The notes under the pieces were generated by a model. The model saw nothing but the letters and a program-made list of their open reading frames with translations, had not been told where the DNA came from and did no database searches. A program made the position numbers and the translations under genes. Positions 56,338 through 64,000 of a DNA stretch of 64,000 nt are shown here, in pieces. The DNA is taken from contig OX597817.1 of assembly GCA_951406725.2 (NCBI GenBank), positions 69,812,001 to 69,876,000 on the forward strand. Reading direction: 5' to 3'. Numbering within the stretch: position 1 is the first letter of the stretch; each line of letters begins with the position of its first letter. The DNA is from Octopus vulgaris (lineage: Eukaryota).

Positions 56338-56720
56338 GGAGGCGCAATGGCCCAGTGGTTAGGGCAGCGGACTCGCGGTCATAGGATCGCGGTTTCGATT
56401 CCCAGACCGGGCGTTGTGAGTGTTTATTGAGCGAAAACACCTAAAGCTCCACGAGGCTCCGGCAGGGGATGGTGGTGATCCCTGCTGTACTCTTTCACCA
56501 CAACTTTCTCTCACTCTTACTTCCTGCTTCTGTTGTACCTGTATTTCAAAGGGCCGGATTTGTCACTCTCTGTGTCACGCTGAATATCCCCGAGAACTAC
56601 GTTAAGGGTACACGTGTCTGTGGAGTGCTCAGCCACTTACACGTTAATTTCACGAGCAGGCTGTTCCGTTGATTCGGATCAACCGGAACCCTCAACGTCG
56701 TAACCGACGGAGTGCTTCCA
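56338..56720 (+). mobile_element. tRNA-derived SINE, family C, full length
   Basis: TGGCCCAGTGGTTAGGGC (A box), GGTTTCGATTCCC (B box). Confidence 0.85.
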
Positions 56721-57459
56721 TTCATTTTTAGACCATATTTTCGTGTATAAATTTTCTGTGAGTTGTCCATACTCAGAAATAAATGCATTTTAAATATAGG
56801 TAACAGAACGTGTATATTATTTTTATTTCATTAAGCCTCATACTACTGGTATATTGTCACATGAAAAATTGACGATTCTTTAAACATACTAGCAAGATGC
56901 GCATCGCCTTTTTAGTGTTAGCGATACACAGACTCTAGGTTGGTTCGGTGTCGACAAAAAGATGACACGAATTTTAGGGAAAAATATTTTGAGGAAGAAT
57001 AAAGAAAGAATTATGTCCCTTGAACTGATGTTAGCTAGGGTGAAACGTATAAGATCTGTGTTTCCTGTTCCCTAGTTTGCATAGGGACATGAACAAGTCG
57101 CCAAAATGAGTATGTGAATATGCAGGCAGAATCAGAAAATTTCACTTTTGTGTTCACGAATTTGTCAGAATGATTCTCATCTCTGCCAATCAGAGATTGG
57201 TGAAACTACAGACATAGGCAAAATGCTCATGTAGGGCTTAGAATGAGTACCCACTGAACGGCCAATGCAGCACAGAAGCCGTGATCCAGAAAGCAAAAGT
57301 ACTTTTGACCAGAATACATAATCACAAATCCTCTTTAAGCATCCAGGATAGGCGTAATGTAACAAGTTTTAGCCAGAACTATGGTGATTAAATAGGAATG
57401 CAGCTTCATATAACTTTAGCTACAGTTGCTGAAACAATTGAGATCATATTTATACACAC

Positions 57460-57643
57460 AAGGCGGCGAGCAGGAAGAAATGTTAGTACGCCGGGCGAAA
57501 TGATTAGCGGCATTTCGTCTGTCTTTGCGTTCTGAGTTCAAACTCCGCGGAGGTCGACTTTGCCTTTCATCCTTGCGGGGTCGATTTTATCGACTGGCTC
57601 CCTCCCCCAAAATTTCGGGCCTTGTGCCAAGAGTAAAAAAGAA
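57460..57643 (+). mobile_element. SINE family A variant
   Basis: AAGGCGGCGAG head, internal deletion, alternative tail. Confidence 0.75.
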
Positions 57644-57732
57644 TATATATACGCAAATGAGTTGTGTGCTTTTGTTATTAAAATACCTCGATTCTATTGG
57701 ATCCTGAAAATTATATAAAAATATTATTATTA

Positions 57733-58555
<823 letters not shown>

Positions 58556-59210
58556 GGGAATATGATTACAGGGAAAAATTCAAATTTAGTAATACTGAAT
58601 CAAATTTAAGTATATAATTGTTGAGTTGCTTCATGCTGGTTCTTCTCTAATTCATATATATACATATATCGAGAGAGAGAGAGAGAGAGAGAGAAGCAGT
58701 GTTTTTTCAAGTAAATTCGCCAACTAGATTTTTCCTCTTACATATGATAAGAAAAAAAGATAGACTTCCATACAACACAAACATTACGTTATATTAACTG
58801 TCTTATAATTAGTTTAACAATATAAACCTCAACTGAAAATAAATCCATCAAAAACAAATACAGAATTATTTTATGAAAACCCACTTTCCCTGCTAGATTC
58901 TCCAAATTTCCTTCTAGAATCCTGAAATAAGCCTACAAAGAACATTTTATTCCACGCGTATACTAAAGCGATCTAATGATTTATTTGCATCGATTTGATC
59001 CATTTTTAAAGTTTGACAACCTATTGGTGCATGTAACTAGTTATTCTGCGTTTAAATATTTGTCTATGCTCTGCCTATCCATTTCCTTTTATTCTTATTC
59101 AAAAAACACACTCAAACGTGTGTTCATAGATACACATGTATTTATACATACATACATACATACATACATACATGCATCCATACAAACATACATACATACA
59201 TACATACTTA

Positions 59211-59275
<65 letters not shown>

Positions 59276-59388
59276 CTTAATAACATCAGAGTAATAAAAA
59301 TTTTTGAAATTTTTACTACCTGCGGCCTAGCGTGTAGAAAAATTAGTCAGTAGACTATATATTATTCATATAAGTACAATGTACACAG

Positions 59389-59452
<64 letters not shown>

Positions 59453-59457
59453 CACGC

Positions 59458-59489
<32 letters not shown>

Positions 59490-59493
<4 letters not shown>

Positions 59494-61190
59494 AAATGAG
59501 AAAATGGAGAAATATATCTAAATCAATCATCAACTATCAGATAATACCCAATCAATACTTTATTAAACCACTACATAATAGCAATGATATTATACATTAA
59601 TATAGTACAAATATAACAAGACATAGAAATACATTTACATTGTAGCTGACAGCTGTTTCGGCCGTGAAGACAGGTATGTCTCATTTAACCTATTAGCCAT
59701 ATAAAGCAGGTATAAATGAGACATTAACAAGAATATCTCACGGCCTCTTCAGAGATTTTAATGCAAGTATGAGTACAAATCCTAAATAATTTACATATAA
59801 ATATAAATATGTGTGCATACACACTCATATTCTTACATATATATATATATACACAATAATACAATATAAACAATATAGATCGATATACATCAACAAACAC
59901 AATAATGTTCCATATTGAACTCCACAGCTCCTCAACCAACATCAAGAAACCACAACAGACACACTCACACTCAAAGCAGGCATATATATTAAACAGTCCA
60001 ATATATTAAAATATGTCATTTCACAAAAAGTTAATAAAGCTAATATCACCACGACGGTACCATCCAATGCAAGCGGACATCCGCATATATACGCAATCAG
60101 TCGAATTCCTCTGCCCGCATGGTATTAATTTTCACAGATGGATTCGATTGGCCTATACTTTTAAATTTGAATTACAATAGAAATTTTACTGTTAGTTAGC
60201 TAGGAAACATACACACGCGCACGCACATCCACAAAGCGTGCGCACATACATACCTAGTTATATGTATACACACACACACACCCACACACATACACACATA
60301 CACACATACACACATGCATACCCACATATACAACCAAATCATAAATAAATAAATAAATAAATAAATAACATAAGAGGTACTATCCCAACTATACACATGC
60401 AAACAGAGGAACTCAACCGATTGCACAAACATGCATGCAGACATCCACCCGCCCCGGACGCACCATGACGGTGGTATTAACTAAGTATTTACAAACAAAT
60501 CCACTCACATATGTCCATAAATCCGTAAATGCAATTATACATATAATTATATCCAGATGGAGAGTGTAATTTGTCATAAGGTACATAATTCATGTGACAC
60601 CGTATTTGTCGTAAACAAAATATTTTAGAACCAAAAATGTTCGCATCTTTACCGCTATGTTTCATTCAAACAATTTACTAAATTATAAAGTATAGAATAC
60701 CCGTTTATGTTTGTCTATCAAAAGACATAAAAATATATATACTAAGTTAACAGAGGTTTATAATAATTAAATTATAAGAAATTAATTGTAAAAAGTCAAA
60801 ATACGCTAATATTCTAAGATATATAATCAAAATAACTCCTTATAACTTATACAGGTAACATCACTACGTAAGAAGTCTAGTATTATTACAATACTATTAT
60901 ATTCCTATTTAAACCCTCACCAACGAACTAATAGAATTATACTCACATCTACATATCCATATGTATACTCATGTGTAACAACAAACATATACATACACAC
61001 CACATATTTTCACATATGATGTGCCTGTAAACATTCGTAGTACTTATATATATATAAATATCTTTAAGTATCATTGGACACATAAATACATATATAATAA
61101 TTAACAGGATTTAGCATTAAATAATATCAGTGGACGTATAAATACATATATAGTAATTAACAGGACTTACCAATAAATAGTATATAGTAT
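59490..61190 (-). mobile_element. Non-coding HHR-bearing element flanked by (TA)n (5' limit uncertain)
   Basis: 3' end shared with 25711; AATAAA near the end; HHR at 59644-59756. Confidence 0.55.
59644..59756 (-). ncRNA. Type I hammerhead ribozyme with a long stem II
   Basis: CUGAAGA (59752-59746), stem II GGCCGUGA/UCACGGCC, GAAA (59659-59656), palindromic ACAGCUGU stem III, GUC^ (59650-59648); stem I AUCU/AGCU (one mismatch). Confidence 0.8.
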
Positions 61191-61200
61191 ATATATATAT

Positions 61201-61815
61201 ATTGGGCGCGGTGAATAAACTGTCGTCTAAAGGAAATGATACTGACATTTCATTTTAACACATATATTTACTAAAATTAAGTAAAGATATCTTTGATTAC
61301 TAAAGAGTAAATTTGTTCAATAAAATTGCCATTGGCTTCAACCACGGCTCCCAGACGGCTTCGGAATCTCCTGCAACTCTTCTGGACAGTCTCCTTGTTT
61401 AAGTTGGTGAATGCTGCCATAATCCTTGTCTTCAGTTCATTTTTGATGTTACAAGGAGTTTTATTGGTTTCACGCTCAACTGTGCCCCACACATAATAAT
61501 CAATTGGGGTTTTAGCCTGGGTTGTGAGGTGGTCAGATGTTAGGAGTGATGTCGCAGAAATTGTCTGACTGCCACGACTGGGTTCTCTTGTTTGTGTGAC
61601 ATGGTACAGAGTCCTGTTGCCAGACATAGGCTCTCCCATCAGCCACCTTCTTCACCGAGGGCAGCACTACCTCCTCCAGGCACTTGATTTAGGCCTCCGT
61701 GTTAAATCTGAGGCCATGTGAGAAGATCAATGGTGGCATAGCATCGCCATCACTAGTGATCAGTCCAAACACCATGATGTTGACTGGATGTTTAATTTTT
61801 ATCACTCTTGGTACA
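61201..61815 (-). mobile_element. Tc1/mariner maT (DD37D-like) transposase 3' fragment with TIR
   Basis: HPVNIMVFGLITSDG..YVWQQDSVPCH..PIDYYVWG.VE..RFRSRLGAVVEANG.FIE; ~36-37 residues between the second and third Asp; the end abuts TA. Confidence 0.8.
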
Positions 61816-62024
61816 TATCCTCGGATTAACAACCCGAACACCCTGAATTGTTTGTAGTGGATCTTCCGGCGCGAATGTCAAGCAGTACAGCATATCGTTT
61901 CCAAATTTCTGGCAGAGTGAACTGTGTCATGGTGCTGTTTCTCTTACAGACGGTGCCCAGCTGTCACTTTATATTCTGCTACTGCTAAAACTTTACACCC
62001 AAAGATGAAGGGGCCACTTTCAAT

Positions 62025-62925
62025 TTCATCGTTGCAGTATCGGCACTTTAGGTCTATACCATTTTTAATCACTTTAGCTTGGTAGTTCTGGGTCAATAGG
62101 CTCTGACCTTGAGCAGCCAAGATAAAGCCTTCACTCTCTGCCTTTATCCCTGAGCCCTGTAGCTACTGATGGGTGTTCTTCTGGTCTACATCAGCTTGTT
62201 TAGTACGGGCCACATATGCAGAGATTTTTGTTCCCACCTATCAGCCAATTGTTCAAGCGCTTTTTGCTTTGCCATTTATTTCACCTTCTTTGCAACTACA
62301 GTTGCCGCACTTCCATCATGCTGTGCAATTTAGATATTATGCATGAACTCATTAGTAAACTTTTTGCTCTCCTCCATGACAGAATAAAGCTTTTTACGTC
62401 TCCCGTGGTCCTTAACGAGCTTTAGCATCCGGTCGTTAGATGTTTCAAGATATTTGGCCACTCCAATTGTGGTGGTTTTGTAAGAGATTTCAAATTGGAT
62501 CCAGCCTCGACCTCCTTGGGCTCTGAGAAAGCAAAGACGATTTTGCGTCTGCCTTTGGGTGATGCATCTTATAGTTTTGGGGAAATTTGGTTTCATTATT
62601 CTTCGGAAGTAGGTAATACCTCTTGGTAACCAATCAGGTGTTTTCTTAGGATCTCTCATAATTTCATTCAATTACTGAACTAACTTTTCGTGTACGCACA
62701 GGAGCGATGCAAGCCAGAAATTTGGCACTGTATCATTACCAGGGGATTTCCAATTATGAGCCTTCTGGGTGTCATCTTTAGGTCTGCTATTGTGATGTCT
62801 TCCGATGCTTGTTTTGGTAAATTTTGGAAGGATTTTTTGTGCGTCTGATCCAGTCTGCATTTTCATTGTATGTCTTTTCGTCACGCCAGATATTTTCCCA
62901 AAAGTTTTCAACTTCTTCCATGAGA
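62025..62925 (-). mobile_element. Internally deleted R4/Dong-clade LINE fragment
   Basis: EEVENFWENIW, NWKSPGNDTVPNFWL, PDWLPRGITY, GGRGWIQ, ESEGFILAAQ.QSL.T..Y..KCRYC. Confidence 0.8.
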
Positions 62926-63556
62926 GTGGGGTCGCTAAGCCTCTGCAACCCTTGTAATCGGAGGGGGCCTCCGCGTTTGAAGGGCCGAAGGTTTAGATCA
63001 AAGTACATAGATGAGCCATCTATTTACTTAGGTTAAGATGTTAACTGAAAACTTCAAACCAGACGAGGAAAAATATACAAGGGTGTACCGTAAGTAAATT
63101 TAAAAGAAACGAAAAAAGTAAATGAAAAAAAGCTTGTCAATGAATTCCCATTCCTTGGGGAGATAAAAGAAAAACGAAAGAAATCCAAAACAATGAAAAT
63201 AAGAACAACTTCAAAAGAAAAGACAAGAAAAAGAAGCAATCGTGATGAAAGGTGGGGATGTATACTTATACATAAATATAAACATACACATAGAGGCATA
63301 CGCACACATATTTATTCATAGATACCTAAATACATCTATCCATCCATCAATCCATCCATCCATACATACGTACATACATACATACATACATACATACATA
63401 CATACATACATACATACATACATACATACATACATACATACATCGACTGGCTTTTTTGAGTTTCCATTCTACCAAATCCATTCACAAGGCTTTGGCCAGC
63501 TCGGGTTCCTAGATAGATAGACAAACAGAAAGACATACAGACAGACAGACAGACAA

Positions 63557-63627
<71 letters not shown>

Positions 63628-63628
<1 letters not shown>

Positions 63629-64000
63629 GCATACAATTGGCTTCAAGTCTATTAGCAGCTGCGTAAATAATTTCGCTTAACAAGGTGAAATCAGGTTTTA
63701 GTCCTTGTATGATTTCTTTTGTTACATAGTTGCCAATTATCATTTTTATTTTCTATTTTGGATTGAGAGTTTGTGAAGATATTCTCTATCATGTATATTG
63801 GCATGTCTTACAACTGCAAGCTTATTCAGGATTTTCTGCTTCATTTCTCTCATATACTCTCTATGTTCTTCAGTAAATGTGTGATCTTCAAGTATTGTTT
63901 CGTTATCACCTTCCTCGCTCGTTTTATCAGGTTCATTACAATTCACTTCTTCAGACATTTGCGTGTTCAGGTCAGATGGCAGTCTTTCAGTTGAGACTTG
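63628..64000 (-). mobile_element. Upstream part of an R4/Dong-clade ORF, running off the window
   Basis: DREYLHKL..N..EIIYAAA, an N-terminal-region pattern of this clade; collinear with 62025-62925. Confidence 0.55.

Noticed and set aside
56338-56410. tRNA gene
   Set aside because: The tRNA-like head continues into a multi-copy SINE body; the same holds for the other SINE heads.

Overview
AT-rich eukaryotic DNA saturated with microsatellites and transposons. The SINE families and repeat content suggest an octopus (cephalopod) genome, but this is an inference. Nearly all ORFs in the track are microsatellite read-through. The only convincing host coding sequence is a minus-strand first coding exon (32498->31643) of a type II membrane beta-1,4-galactosyl/GalNAc-transferase-like (B4GALT/bre-4, GT7) gene; I found no exon 2 by eye in the remaining 31.6 kb. 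The rest comprises three tRNA-derived SINE families, decayed R4/Dong, RTE, CR1-like and Penelope retroelements, mariner/maT fragments and MITEs, non-autonomous Helitrons and a hAT MITE. The most notable signal is a set of short non-coding elements in (TA)n tracts that carry minimal type I hammerhead ribozyme (HHR) motifs. These include a 560-bp tandem unit with a head-to-head inversion, an HHR with a long branched stem II, and two related families with non-canonical cores. They resemble Penelope-mobilised retrozyme-like elements. All structures were paired by eye, and element boundaries are approximate unless stated.
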